37,625 nt of DNA from Thermoplasmata archaeon (lineage in GTDB: Archaea; Thermoplasmatota; Thermoplasmata; SG8-5). Below are positions 9,068 to 17,901 of this stretch, in pieces; position 1 is the stretch's first letter, and each line of letters opens with the position of its first letter. Under the pieces are notes generated by a model, which searched no databases, was not told where the DNA came from, and worked only from the letters and a program-made list of their open reading frames with translations. Made by a program: the position numbers and the translations under genes. The stretch is from positions 1 to 37,625 of the forward strand of contig JAQVMG010000002.1 of NCBI GenBank assembly GCA_028703755.1. The letters are read 5' to 3'.

Positions 9068-9526
9068 TTGGGTGACCTTTGGAACACCCAGGATATTCAG
9101 ACCAGGGAATTCGATTACGGCAGGTATAACACTGTGCCATGGGTGCTTTTGAAATCGTTTTTCGCGATATGCATGATGACTCTGGTGTATCTGCTCTATG
9201 CTCTCCATGAGCTGCCCTGGCGGCTGTTCGGTTCTGTCATCGGTATACTTATTCTTGTGTTGGCACCTTTCTTTGCAGGCTTGATTCTTGGTTTCACCTT
9301 CGAGAGCCCAAAAGCGGCCCTGGCTTATTCAATAATAATTGGATTCGTTTCCGTCGGTTCATGCATGGCTCTGATGATGCTGCCGGGAATCCTGCATGTC
9401 ACAGAATTTGGGTTCGGCCTGAACAAAAATGTTTGGTTCTACGGTTTCTTCATACCTTTCCTGGTGACAATCTCGTTTGTTCCTGCCGGCGCATTGGTTT
9501 CATCATCCACCAATGTTTATGAATGA
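9068..9526 (+). CDS. Hypothetical integral membrane protein (about 4 TM helices)
   Basis: The 152-aa ORF has four hydrophobic segments. The tracked start is TTG and there is no in-frame ATG before the first TM segment, so the start is uncertain. Confidence 0.5.
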   Translation: MGDLWNTQDIQTREFDYGRYNTVPWVLLKSFFAICMMTLVYLLYALHELPWRLFGSVIGILILVLAPFFAGLILGFTFESPKAALAYSIIIGFVSVGSCMALMMLPGILHVTEFGFGLNKNVWFYGFFIPFLVTISFVPAGALVSSSTNVYE

Positions 9527-9832
9527 GTCACCCCACAGCTAAAATTTGGAGCATCCTTAACCGTTTCATTCTGAATGGCTAATTTGATGATTAATATTGG
9601 TCATCCGGCTTCCTTCTTTTTATTCGAACCATGGTGATAGCGATAGGGTGCCTTTCTCTAAACAATCCTCGCCTTCAGAATGACTTAATTCATGTTCGAT
9701 CGCATTTCATCTGCAGACCTGAAGGTTGCAACATCCGGGCGAGACCACAGGCGAGGAATTCTCCGAGGACAATGCCGATATTATTCATATAATGGCAAAA
9801 TCCCGAGGGATTCGGCAAGGCATGTTTGATGA

Positions 9833-11188
9833 TTATTCAGGTTTGCCGATGCCCCTGTAAGTGAACCCGTATTTTTCAATCTTCTCGCGGCTGTAGAAAT
9901 TCCTTCCGTCGATGAGCAGCGGCGTTCGCACGGTTGCTTTCAGTTTGGAGAAATCCAGGTCCCTGTATATGCTGTGTTTGACAGCCAGAATTATCGCATC
10001 GGACCCCTCAATGGTTTTTTCCAGGTCATTTGTGAATGGCCTCTCGAATTCTCTGACCAGGTGATCGTGCATCATCGGTTGGGCTCCGCGTTTCAAGAGC
10101 TCGTCGTAGAATGTCTTTGAGGGAGAATTTCTGGTGTCATCGGAGTTCTCCAAGAAGGCGACACCCAGTATTGCAATCTTCGCGCCTTCGAGCTTACGTC
10201 CTTTCTCCTTGAGTGCCTCCTCGAGCATATCAACTATATGCACAGGCATCCAGTCATTCAGAAGCCTGCTTTCTACGATGATTTTCGGTGTGAAAGCGAA
10301 TTTGCCGTAAGTGTCGAGCCCGTACTTGAATAGCCATGGGTCCTTTGGAAGGCAGTGGCCTCCGACGCCCGCGCCCGGAAAATGCATGTTGCGGACCGGA
10401 TTAGTGGATGGGTTAGAGGGGTCATTGGGCAGTGTGTTCACCAGTTCTCTGACGCGGAATACATCCACGCCAAGGCTCTCGCAGGCGATTGCCACCTCAT
10501 TGGCGAATGCAATATTGACATCGCGGTAGGTGTTCTCCACAACCTTTGAAACTTCTGCTGTGAGGGAATCTGTAGGATGAAGCCCTCCCTTCACAATATG
10601 GCCGTAAAGCTTCATGGCCAATTCGGTGCTTTTCTGGTCTATGCCTCCGATTATTCTGGGTAGGTCCGTGATATTCTTCAGAAGACGGCCGACCATCACC
10701 CTTTCGTATGAGAATGCAAGGAAGAAATCCTTTCCGGCTTTCATGCCGGAACCTTCCTCCAGAATGGGCCTGACCATGTGTTCGGTCGTTCCCGGTGCCA
10801 CCGTAGATTCAATAACCACAAGTGCACCTGGCTTGATGAGTTTTGAGATGGTGCCGCTCACATCCCTGAGCGATTCGTATCTCGGTATGTGCTCCTCATC
10901 CGTTGGTGTCTGGACGTCAATAAGGACTGCGTCAGCTTCTTTCACCACCGAGTAATCCTCGGAAACCCGGAAGGTTCCCTTCTTATGAACCCTTTGAAGA
11001 AGTTCTTCCAAGCCGGGCTCGTCTCCGCCAATGGGGTTCCTGCCCTGGTTGAGCCAATCAATCTTCCAGCCCGAGCGTTCTGACCTTCTCTGAACGCCTG
11101 TCACCTGAAATCCTTCGACATCGGCGAACAATGCCGCCGCCGGGATGCCGACATATCCCATACCAATTACCACAACTTTCATGGTCAT
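9833..11188 (-). CDS. Nucleotide-sugar dehydrogenase (UDP-N-acetyl-D-mannosamine / UDP-glucose 6-dehydrogenase family)
   Basis: I recognise the N-terminal Rossmann motif MKVVVIGMGYVGIPAA, the catalytic-Cys motif GGHCLPKD and the family-typical VENTYRDVNIAFANE. Confidence 0.9.
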   Translation of the reverse strand: MTMKVVVIGMGYVGIPAAALFADVEGFQVTGVQRRSERSGWKIDWLNQGRNPIGGDEPGLEELLQRVHKKGTFRVSEDYSVVKEADAVLIDVQTPTDEEHIPRYESLRDVSGTISKLIKPGALVVIESTVAPGTTEHMVRPILEEGSGMKAGKDFFLAFSYERVMVGRLLKNITDLPRIIGGIDQKSTELAMKLYGHIVKGGLHPTDSLTAEVSKVVENTYRDVNIAFANEVAIACESLGVDVFRVRELVNTLPNDPSNPSTNPVRNMHFPGAGVGGHCLPKDPWLFKYGLDTYGKFAFTPKIIVESRLLNDWMPVHIVDMLEEALKEKGRKLEGAKIAILGVAFLENSDDTRNSPSKTFYDELLKRGAQPMMHDHLVREFERPFTNDLEKTIEGSDAIILAVKHSIYRDLDFSKLKATVRTPLLIDGRNFYSREKIEKYGFTYRGIGKPE

Positions 11189-11647
11189 CGGTATGGGACA
11201 GAATAAATTGTGATATTAAGCTTGCCCTCGGTAATCTCATCGTTCTTTGATTGCCGATTACCGAGAAGACGGTTGATGGTGTTTGCTTCTTTTCTGCCCC
11301 ATCAACGGCGAATGCTCTTTATCGCAATTATTCAATTACCGCATTCACCTATTGCCATTAATATGCAAATGTATGGTGCTGGATTCAGCTAAATAATTCT
11401 CCGCACCATAGTCGAATGCGCTGTAAATAAATGATGATAGCCGCATTCAACACTTTTGTGTTCAATAATTTAACATGCGGTTCAAATCTCAATTCAACAG
11501 GCCATTCAGTTCTCCGTTTCTTCCCCTATTCAACACCTCTTGTGATACCCACCTGTGCAGGTTTTATTGTAACTATTATTAACCAATTTAATATACGCCT
11601 GCCTAACGATATCAAATAACTGGCTGTTTTGGCACAATCTCGATAAG

Positions 11648-11655
11648 TTTTATAT
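11648..11655 (+). promoter_or_regulatory. TATA box (TTTATATA), candidate promoter of the ribosomal protein operon
   Basis: This is a consensus archaeal TATA box 216 nt upstream of the uL3 ATG. It is the only strong box in the last 250 nt before the operon. Confidence 0.5.
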
Positions 11656-11870
11656 AGAACCACCCTTTAAGCCCTAAAAGCCGCTAGAACGGTATGTCTA
11701 CCAAACGGCTAGGGATAATCATTCCCTTCGCTGTCCCCGAATTGATTCTGTGGGACGGTCCCCGTTACGGTTGACCTTCGATACCGGCCTGGCAAAGCGT
11801 ACCGTCGAACATTGGAACGGCGGATTGGAACGTCGCTCAGCGAAGCGGCGCACCCCCAGGGGGCTAAAAA

Positions 11871-12860
11871 ATGGCAGCAGCAAGCAGACCGAAAAGAGGA
11901 TCGAGAGGTTACTCTCCGCGAAAGAGGGCACAGGGACCAGTACCCAGGTTCAGCTCATGGCCTGAAAGCCGTGACGGACCGAGGATACAGGGATTTGCCG
12001 GATACAAGGCCGGCATGACTCACGCCTTCATGACCGACTACAGGCCGACAAGCACAACCGCAGGACAGGAAGTTCAGGTACCAGTCACAATTCTGGAGAC
12101 CCCTCCCATGAAAGTGGTTGCAGTCCGATATTACGGCAGGACTAACTACGGTATGAAGAGCCTAGGCGAGCTGTGGGCCGGCAAATTTGACAAAGAATTG
12201 GCAAGGAGAAAACCTCTGCCAAAGAACAACAAGGGCGCCGAGGTAGACGCTTCCGAAGTTGAAGAGATCCGCGTCATAATGCACACGATGCCCAAGATGG
12301 TCACAGGCATACCGAAGAAGGTCCCCGAACTCATGGAAGTGAGAATCGGAGGCGGCACGGTCCAGGAGAGAATGGATTATGCAAAAGCCCTCCTCGGAAA
12401 GGAAATCACAGTAACAGATTTCATGAAACCCGGCCAGATGATTGACGTGGCCGCAATAACCACAGGAAAGGGTTTCCAAGGCCACACCAAGAGGTGGGGT
12501 GTGAAACTGCTTTCCCACAAGAACAGCAAGCACAGAAGGATGATCGGAACTCTGGGTCCGAAGTCCCCGAAATATGTGAGGCCGACAGTCCCGCAGTCCG
12601 GGCAGATGGGTTACCACCAGAGGACAGAGTACAACAAGAGGGTTCTGAAGATCGGCGCCGCCGAGGATGAGATCACCCCGAACGGCGGTTTCCTGCATTA
12701 CGGAAAGGTCGTGAACCAGTACGTCATTGTCCACGGTTCGATACCGGGGCCTGTTAAGAGACTCATACGGTTCAGGGATGCCACCAGGTACACCGTGGGC
12801 GTCAAAGTGGAATCCCCGGAGCTTGCTTACATATCCAGGGAATCGAAGCAGGGAGCGTGA
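11871..12860 (+). CDS. rpl3: 50S ribosomal protein uL3
   Basis: The 329-aa sequence is typical of archaeal L3 (MAAASRPKRGSRGYSPRKRA..., FQGHTKRWGVK). It is the first gene of the conserved cluster. Confidence 0.95.
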   Translation: MAAASRPKRGSRGYSPRKRAQGPVPRFSSWPESRDGPRIQGFAGYKAGMTHAFMTDYRPTSTTAGQEVQVPVTILETPPMKVVAVRYYGRTNYGMKSLGELWAGKFDKELARRKPLPKNNKGAEVDASEVEEIRVIMHTMPKMVTGIPKKVPELMEVRIGGGTVQERMDYAKALLGKEITVTDFMKPGQMIDVAAITTGKGFQGHTKRWGVKLLSHKNSKHRRMIGTLGPKSPKYVRPTVPQSGQMGYHQRTEYNKRVLKIGAAEDEITPNGGFLHYGKVVNQYVIVHGSIPGPVKRLIRFRDATRYTVGVKVESPELAYISRESKQGA

Positions 12861-12865
12861 GTTGA

Positions 12866-13882
12866 ATGGCAGATGTAACCGCAAAGGACGAGAAGAAAAC
12901 GCCTGTCAAGAAGGCACCCGCGAAGAAAGTTGCCGAGAAAGCAGACTCCGCGGCGCCGAAGAAGACCGCGCCTGCGAAAGCCAAGGTTCAGGCAGAAGCC
13001 CCGGCAGCCAAGCCGGCCGAACCGAAGAAACCTGCGCCCAAGAAGCACGCAGCGAAGAAGATGGCACAGCCGACAGGCTCCGTTAACGTTTACTCGCTTG
13101 ACGGAAAGGTCGAGAAGAGCATCCAGCTCCCTCAGGTTTTCAGTACCCAGTTCAGACCCGACATGATCAGGCGCGCAGTGAAGTCCGCAAGGGCCAACCG
13201 TCGCCAGCCATACGGTCCCGCACCCCGCGCAGGTATGAGGCACTCCGTCTCATGGCCGGGCAAGGGCCGCGGGATGGCAAGGACACCCCGTCTTCTCCAC
13301 GGCGGCGGAAAAGGTGCAGAAGTGCCAAACACCCCCGGCGGAAGGAGAGCCCATCCACCCAGGCCGGAGAAAGATTGGACCGAGAAGATTAACAGGAAAG
13401 AGAAGAGGATGGCACTCCACTCGGCATTGTCCGCAGTCGGAAAGTCCGATATCGTCAGGGCAAGGGGCCACAGGATACCCGATGCAATGACTGTCCCGCT
13501 GGTTGTATCCGATGACTTTGAATCACTCTTCGACAAGATTACCTCAGATTACAAGAAAGAGAATCAGAGACCTGCCTACACCAAGGAAGCAACCAAAGTC
13601 CTCGAAGCTCTAGGCCTGGCTAACGAACTCACACGCGCGAAGGACGGCATTCACCAGAGAGCCGGCCGCGGAAAAACGAGGGGCAGGCGGCTGAAGAAGC
13701 CTTCCAGCATCCTGTTCGTTGTCAACGACCCCGTTAAGGCGAGGAAATGCCTGGGCAACATCCCCGGCGTAGACATCGTCGCTCCGACAAGGCTTAACGT
13801 GGAACTGCTGGCACCCGGCGGAGATGCCGGCCGCCTGACAGTCTTCACTGAAAAGGCACTGCAGATACTCGGAGGTGAGTGA
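12866..13882 (+). CDS. rpl4: 50S ribosomal protein uL4 with a ~70-aa K/A/P-rich N-terminal extension
   Basis: The L4 core starts at ...VNVYSLDGKVEKSIQLPQVF and sits in the conserved position. The extension is read directly from the ORF. Confidence 0.93.
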   Translation: MADVTAKDEKKTPVKKAPAKKVAEKADSAAPKKTAPAKAKVQAEAPAAKPAEPKKPAPKKHAAKKMAQPTGSVNVYSLDGKVEKSIQLPQVFSTQFRPDMIRRAVKSARANRRQPYGPAPRAGMRHSVSWPGKGRGMARTPRLLHGGGKGAEVPNTPGGRRAHPPRPEKDWTEKINRKEKRMALHSALSAVGKSDIVRARGHRIPDAMTVPLVVSDDFESLFDKITSDYKKENQRPAYTKEATKVLEALGLANELTRAKDGIHQRAGRGKTRGRRLKKPSSILFVVNDPVKARKCLGNIPGVDIVAPTRLNVELLAPGGDAGRLTVFTEKALQILGGE

Positions 13883-13883
13883 A

Positions 13884-14162
13884 ATGGTCAGAGAAGTGCT
13901 CATGACTCCCTACGTGACTGAAAAATCCATGAATCATATATCCGGAACGGTCAGGCAGGCGAACAAGGACGGCAACCGCCTTGAATTCATAGTCCGCAGG
14001 GACGCCACGAAAGCGGAGATTAAAGCCGCATTCGAGAAAAGATATGAAGCAAAGGTCGAGAGCGTCAACACAAGGATAACGAAAAACGGCAAACATGCCA
14101 TAATCAAGCTGACCAAAGACTTCTCGGCAGAAGAGGTCGGAATGAGGCTGGGAATATTCTGA
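13884..14162 (+). CDS. rpl23: 50S ribosomal protein uL23
   Basis: The L23 sequence is recognisable (TEKSMNHI..., LEFIVRRDATKAEIKAAFEKRY). I prefer the ATG at 13884 because it has a GGAGGTGA SD; the tracked GTG is at 13875. Confidence 0.93.
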   Translation: MVREVLMTPYVTEKSMNHISGTVRQANKDGNRLEFIVRRDATKAEIKAAFEKRYEAKVESVNTRITKNGKHAIIKLTKDFSAEEVGMRLGIF

Positions 14163-14206
14163 GGTTGATATAATGAGAACATTTACTATAATAGGAGGGA
14201 ATTGAA

Positions 14207-14914
14207 ATGGGAAAACCGATTATCCCGCAGCGCAGAGGAAAGGGCAGTGCGACCTACCGCTCACCGAGCCACAGGCACAAGGGCATCCCCGGATACCCGA
14301 GGAACTACAGGGGCCAGGGCACTGTACTGGACATTTTCCACGCTCCCGGACGGAGCACGCCGATGGCCAAGGTGCAATTCGGAGACAACGTCGCATTGCT
14401 GCTTGTACCGGAAGGCCTCCGAGTCAACCAGACCGTGAACATCGGTTCCGGGCTTCCGATAGAGATGGGCAACATACTGCCTCTCCAGGAAATTCCGGAA
14501 GGGACGCTCGTCCATAACATCGAAGGAGTTCCGGGCGACGGCGGAAAGTATGTCAAGACAGCAGGAACTTCCGCAGCAATTGTCACCCGCGGAGACAAGA
14601 TCATTGTTCAGCTTCCTTCAGGTTCGATAAAGAGCTTCGACGGACGCTGCCTCGCCACGGTTGGCATACTTGCCAATTCCGGAAGGGGCGACAAACCGTT
14701 CGCCAAGGCCGGGAATAAATATTACGCGTGCATCAGCAAAGCCAAGAGAAACAAGAAAGTGAAGGGCGTTGCCATGAATGCATGCAACCACCCGCACGGC
14801 GGAGGCGGTCACCCGCATGTCGGCACACAGAGCACTGTCGGCAGAAACACCCCGCCCGGCAGGAAGGTCGGAAGACTCTCACCGCAGAGAAAGAAAGCAG
14901 GGAGGGATGAATAA
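14207..14914 (+). CDS. rpl2: 50S ribosomal protein uL2
   Basis: I recognise MGKPIIPQRRGKGSATYRSPSHRHKG... and NACNHPHGGGGHPH. An AGGAGGG SD precedes the ATG. Confidence 0.96.
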   Translation: MGKPIIPQRRGKGSATYRSPSHRHKGIPGYPRNYRGQGTVLDIFHAPGRSTPMAKVQFGDNVALLLVPEGLRVNQTVNIGSGLPIEMGNILPLQEIPEGTLVHNIEGVPGDGGKYVKTAGTSAAIVTRGDKIIVQLPSGSIKSFDGRCLATVGILANSGRGDKPFAKAGNKYYACISKAKRNKKVKGVAMNACNHPHGGGGHPHVGTQSTVGRNTPPGRKVGRLSPQRKKAGRDE

Positions 14915-14916
14915 GC

Positions 14917-15381
14917 ATGGCAAAAATGGCAAAGGGCCCATCGCCGAAAGCCGCAAGGAGAAAGGCGAGGAAGAAGAAGGGAGCAATATCCGCGAGAAAG
15001 AAGAAGGAATTCTCGTTCCAGGGATTCTCTGTTGAGGAACTTCAGAAGATGCCCATCGACGAGGTTCTGCCGCTTCTCACTTCGAGAGCCAGGCGTTCAT
15101 ACACGCGCGGTCTTAACTCAGAGGAACAGGTTTTCGTCGACCGTCTTCTCGCCGGGGCTAAACCAGTTTTGAAAACCCACCGAAGGGAGATAGTAATCCT
15201 TCCGAGTTTCGTCGGAAAGAAAGTTGCGGTTTACAACGGAAAACAGTACATGGAATTCGAGATCAAGCCGGAGATGATGGGCCACTATCTTGGGGAGTTC
15301 GCTCCCACAAGAGTGAGCGTCAAGCACTCCGGACCGGGCGTCGGTGCCACAAAGTCGTCCAAGTTCATGCCGCTCAAGTAA
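14917..15381 (+). CDS. rps19: 30S ribosomal protein uS19 (basic N-terminal extension)
   Basis: The C-terminal core reads VAVYNGKQYMEFEIKPEMMGHYLGEFAPTR, and the gene is in the conserved position. Confidence 0.95.
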   Translation: MAKMAKGPSPKAARRKARKKKGAISARKKKEFSFQGFSVEELQKMPIDEVLPLLTSRARRSYTRGLNSEEQVFVDRLLAGAKPVLKTHRREIVILPSFVGKKVAVYNGKQYMEFEIKPEMMGHYLGEFAPTRVSVKHSGPGVGATKSSKFMPLK

Positions 15382-15393
15382 GGATGTGTTGAT

Positions 15394-15870
15394 ATGGGTT
15401 ACACAGGAAATTATGATCCGGAAAGAATGGCTCGGGCGATGGGCAAGGAACTCCATATATCCCCGAAGCACTCGGTAGAGATATGCAGGGCGATAAGGGG
15501 CCTGCCTATATCATCGGCCATCGACCTTCTCGAGAAGTGCATCAACAAGACGGAAGCTGTACCGTTCAGAAGATTCGTCAGCTGCGTCCCTCACAGGAGA
15601 ACAAACGGTTTCTCAAAGAGACGCATCGGCCCGGGCAGGTACCCGGTCAAAGCCGCGAAGGAGATCCTCCGCGTCCTCAAGAGCGCACAGTCGAACGCAG
15701 ACAAGTCTATAGACGACCTGAGCGACAGTGAGAACCTAAGAATTGCGACGGCCTCAGCATCTCGCGGCCGCGTCATCAGGGCTTATATGCCCAGGGCGCA
15801 CGGCCGCTGGGAGAAATTCGACGAGGAAACCGTTAACGTGGAAATAATCCTTGAGATAATGGAGGACTGA
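15394..15870 (+). CDS. rpl22: 50S ribosomal protein uL22
   Basis: I recognise ISPKHSVEICRAIRG, GRYPVKAAKEIL and PRAHGRW, and the gene is in the conserved position. Confidence 0.95.
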   Translation: MGYTGNYDPERMARAMGKELHISPKHSVEICRAIRGLPISSAIDLLEKCINKTEAVPFRRFVSCVPHRRTNGFSKRRIGPGRYPVKAAKEILRVLKSAQSNADKSIDDLSDSENLRIATASASRGRVIRAYMPRAHGRWEKFDEETVNVEIILEIMED

Positions 15871-15872
15871 TT

Positions 15873-16625
15873 ATGGCAGGAGAACGCGCATTTGTTGACA
15901 TCAATGTGAAAAGGGCATTGCTCCGTGAGTATCTCAAGGAGGAAGTGAAGCGTGCAGGATTCGGTGGTGCAGACATTCAGCGCACGCCGATGGGCACCAG
16001 GGTTACTCTTTACACCGAAAGGCCGGGACTGGTCATCGGAAGGAAGGGGGACAGCATCAAAGCCCTCACAGACGCAATCCAGTTCGATTTCGGATTTGAT
16101 AAACCGCAGGTCGAGGTTGTTGAAGTCGAAAATCCCAACCTCAATGCCCAGATCATGTCGGAAAAGCTGGCATCCGCCCTCGAGCGCGGATGGCACTTCA
16201 GAAGGGCAGGCCACTCGACTGTCCGCAGGATAATGGACAACGGCGCCAAGGGCTGCCAGGTCATTATATCGGGCAAACTTACCGGCCAGAGGCACAGGAC
16301 AGAGAAATTCAAGGAAGGCCACATCAAGTTCTGCGGCGAGCCAAAACTCCAGTGGATGGAGGAAGGCTTCACCCCGGCAAAACTGAAGCCGGGCATAATC
16401 GGTGTCAAAGTCCAGATTATGCATCCCAAAGCAAGACTGCCGGACGAGGTCAACATACGCGACCCCGATGTAGTTAAAGCCGCTCCTGAACCGGCCGCTG
16501 ACAAGCCTGCAGATTCAATAACGGAGGCAAATGCCGCGGCAGACGCCAAAGCGCCTGAATCCGGCAAGAAGGAAACTGAGGAAAAACCCAAGGAGGCAGT
16601 GAATGGCACTTCTAAGACCGAGTGA
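15873..16625 (+). CDS. rps3: 30S ribosomal protein uS3 (A/P/K/E-rich C-terminal tail)
   Basis: The KH-domain S3 sequence is recognisable (TRVTLYTERPGLVIGRKG), and the gene is in the conserved position. Confidence 0.95.
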   Translation: MAGERAFVDINVKRALLREYLKEEVKRAGFGGADIQRTPMGTRVTLYTERPGLVIGRKGDSIKALTDAIQFDFGFDKPQVEVVEVENPNLNAQIMSEKLASALERGWHFRRAGHSTVRRIMDNGAKGCQVIISGKLTGQRHRTEKFKEGHIKFCGEPKLQWMEEGFTPAKLKPGIIGVKVQIMHPKARLPDEVNIRDPDVVKAAPEPAADKPADSITEANAAADAKAPESGKKETEEKPKEAVNGTSKTE

Positions 16626-16830
16626 AATCAGGGCGATGACCCCGGAAGTCCGGGCAGAGAAGCTCCGTGAGATACAGGATGAGCTTATGCATGAGCGCGG
16701 CCTTGGCGCAATGGGCGGTGCTCCGACCAGTCCGGGCAAGATCAAGGCTCTGAGAAAGAACATTGCACGGATACTCACAGTTCAGAGCGAAGAGAAAATT
16801 CGCACAGCCAAACCGGAGGCCAGCGAATAA
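16603..16830 (+). CDS. rpl29: 50S ribosomal protein uL29
   Basis: I recognise MALLRPSEIRAMTPEVRAEKLREIQDEL. The start overlaps the uS3 tail by 23 nt. Confidence 0.9.
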   Translation: MALLRPSEIRAMTPEVRAEKLREIQDELMHERGLGAMGGAPTSPGKIKALRKNIARILTVQSEEKIRTAKPEASE

Positions 16831-17141
16831 TGGCCGGAATATGCTCGGTTTGCGGGCTCCCTGAAGAACTCTGCATGTGCGAGGAAATCGCCAGGGAACA
16901 GCAGCAGATCACTATAAGAAGTGACAAACGCAGGTACGGGAAAATTGTCACAGTGGTCACCGGAATTAACACCTCCGATATCAATGTAGAGGAGCTTGCC
17001 CGAACGCTAAAGACAAAATGCGCAGCCGGCGGAACAATCAAGGGCGGCAACATCGAACTCCAGGGCGACCACATAAAAAAGGTCCAGAAAGTCCTAATCG
17101 AGATGGGCTTCAAGGTCGATTTGAAAGGAGACGTAGCATGA
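16830..17141 (+). CDS. sui1: Translation initiation factor aSUI1 (eIF1 homologue)
   Basis: The gene has an N-terminal CxxC...CxC knuckle and a SUI1 fold sequence (KIVTVVTGI..., LKTKCAAGGT). It has a TAATG overlap with uL29. Confidence 0.9.
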   Translation: MAGICSVCGLPEELCMCEEIAREQQQITIRSDKRRYGKIVTVVTGINTSDINVEELARTLKTKCAAGGTIKGGNIELQGDHIKKVQKVLIEMGFKVDLKGDVA

Positions 17142-17401
17142 GAACCGCGGAGAACCTAGGGAATCACGAGCTTATCGGGCTCAAAGTCACCGTGCTCAGA
17201 GACGAAAGGGCAGAATACGAAGGCGTGGTCATAGACGAGACCATGAACACCTTCAGGCTCTTCAACGGCACAAAGCGCATAATGGTTCCCAAGGAAGGAA
17301 GGGATTTTCTCTTCAATCTGGGGAACGGCGAATCTGTTCTCCTGAAAGGCACGGGCATCATGTTCAGGCCCGAAGACCGCACCAAGAAGGTGAGAAAGTG
17401 A
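17138..17401 (+). CDS. rnp1: RNase P protein component 1 (Rpp29/Pop4 homologue)
   Basis: I recognise ELIGLKVTVLRDERAEYEGVVIDETMNTFRLF. The ATG at 17138 overlaps the SUI1 stop (ATGA). The tracked ORF from 17018 is an upstream extension in the SUI1 region. Confidence 0.88.
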   Translation: MRTAENLGNHELIGLKVTVLRDERAEYEGVVIDETMNTFRLFNGTKRIMVPKEGRDFLFNLGNGESVLLKGTGIMFRPEDRTKKVRK

Positions 17402-17446
17402 TTTCAGATTCAGCAGTAAACCTGCAAGGACGCAGGAGGCAATGAT

Positions 17447-17896
17447 ATGGCAACCAACAAGGACAAAGTGAACGAGGCGAAGACGGAAGCCGGGGAACAG
17501 CCCGAAGAGAAGCCGAAGAAGGCCCCAGTCAGAAAAACCGCAAAAAAGGACGCGGCACAGAAGACTGACCCTCTCGACATTGGTGTAAACGTCAGACCGC
17601 CTGAAAAGACCTGCACAGACAGGCTGTGCCCGTTCCACGGAACGTTGCCGGTACGCGGCCAGATGCTTGAAGGCGAGATAGTCTCCGACAAGATGCAGAT
17701 GACCGTTGTCGTCAAGAGAGAATACATGAGAAAGAACCGCAAGTACGAGAGGCTGGAGAAAAGAACCAGCAAGTACCTGGTTCACAGCCCGCCCTGTTTT
17801 GAAGCAAAGATGGGCGATCACGTGAAGATAATGGAATGCAGGCCGCTGAGCAAGCAGGTCTCATTCGTAATAATCGAAAAATTCAACAAGGAGTGA
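17447..17896 (+). CDS. rps17: 30S ribosomal protein uS17 (N-terminal K/E/A-rich extension)
   Basis: I recognise [29 protein letters not shown]. An AGGAGG SD precedes the ATG. Confidence 0.95.
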   Translation: MATNKDKVNEAKTEAGEQPEEKPKKAPVRKTAKKDAAQKTDPLDIGVNVRPPEKTCTDRLCPFHGTLPVRGQMLEGEIVSDKMQMTVVVKREYMRKNRKYERLEKRTSKYLVHSPPCFEAKMGDHVKIMECRPLSKQVSFVIIEKFNKE

Positions 17897-17901
17897 TTAA
17901 G

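Noticed and set aside
11431-11619. AUGAUGA at 11431-11437 as the C box of an sRNA, and ORF 11431..11619
   Set aside because: No D box (CUGA) or D'/C' boxes follow at the proper spacing. The ORF product is hydrophobic, low-information sequence in an AT-rich spacer without an SD.
11679-11760. tRNA-like appearance upstream of uL3 (5-bp stem AGGGA/UCCCU with a 7-nt loop)
   Set aside because: The loop UAAUCAU lacks U33. No acceptor, D or T arms can be built around it, and the GUCCC/GGGAC stem has a 14-nt loop that is not T-loop-like.
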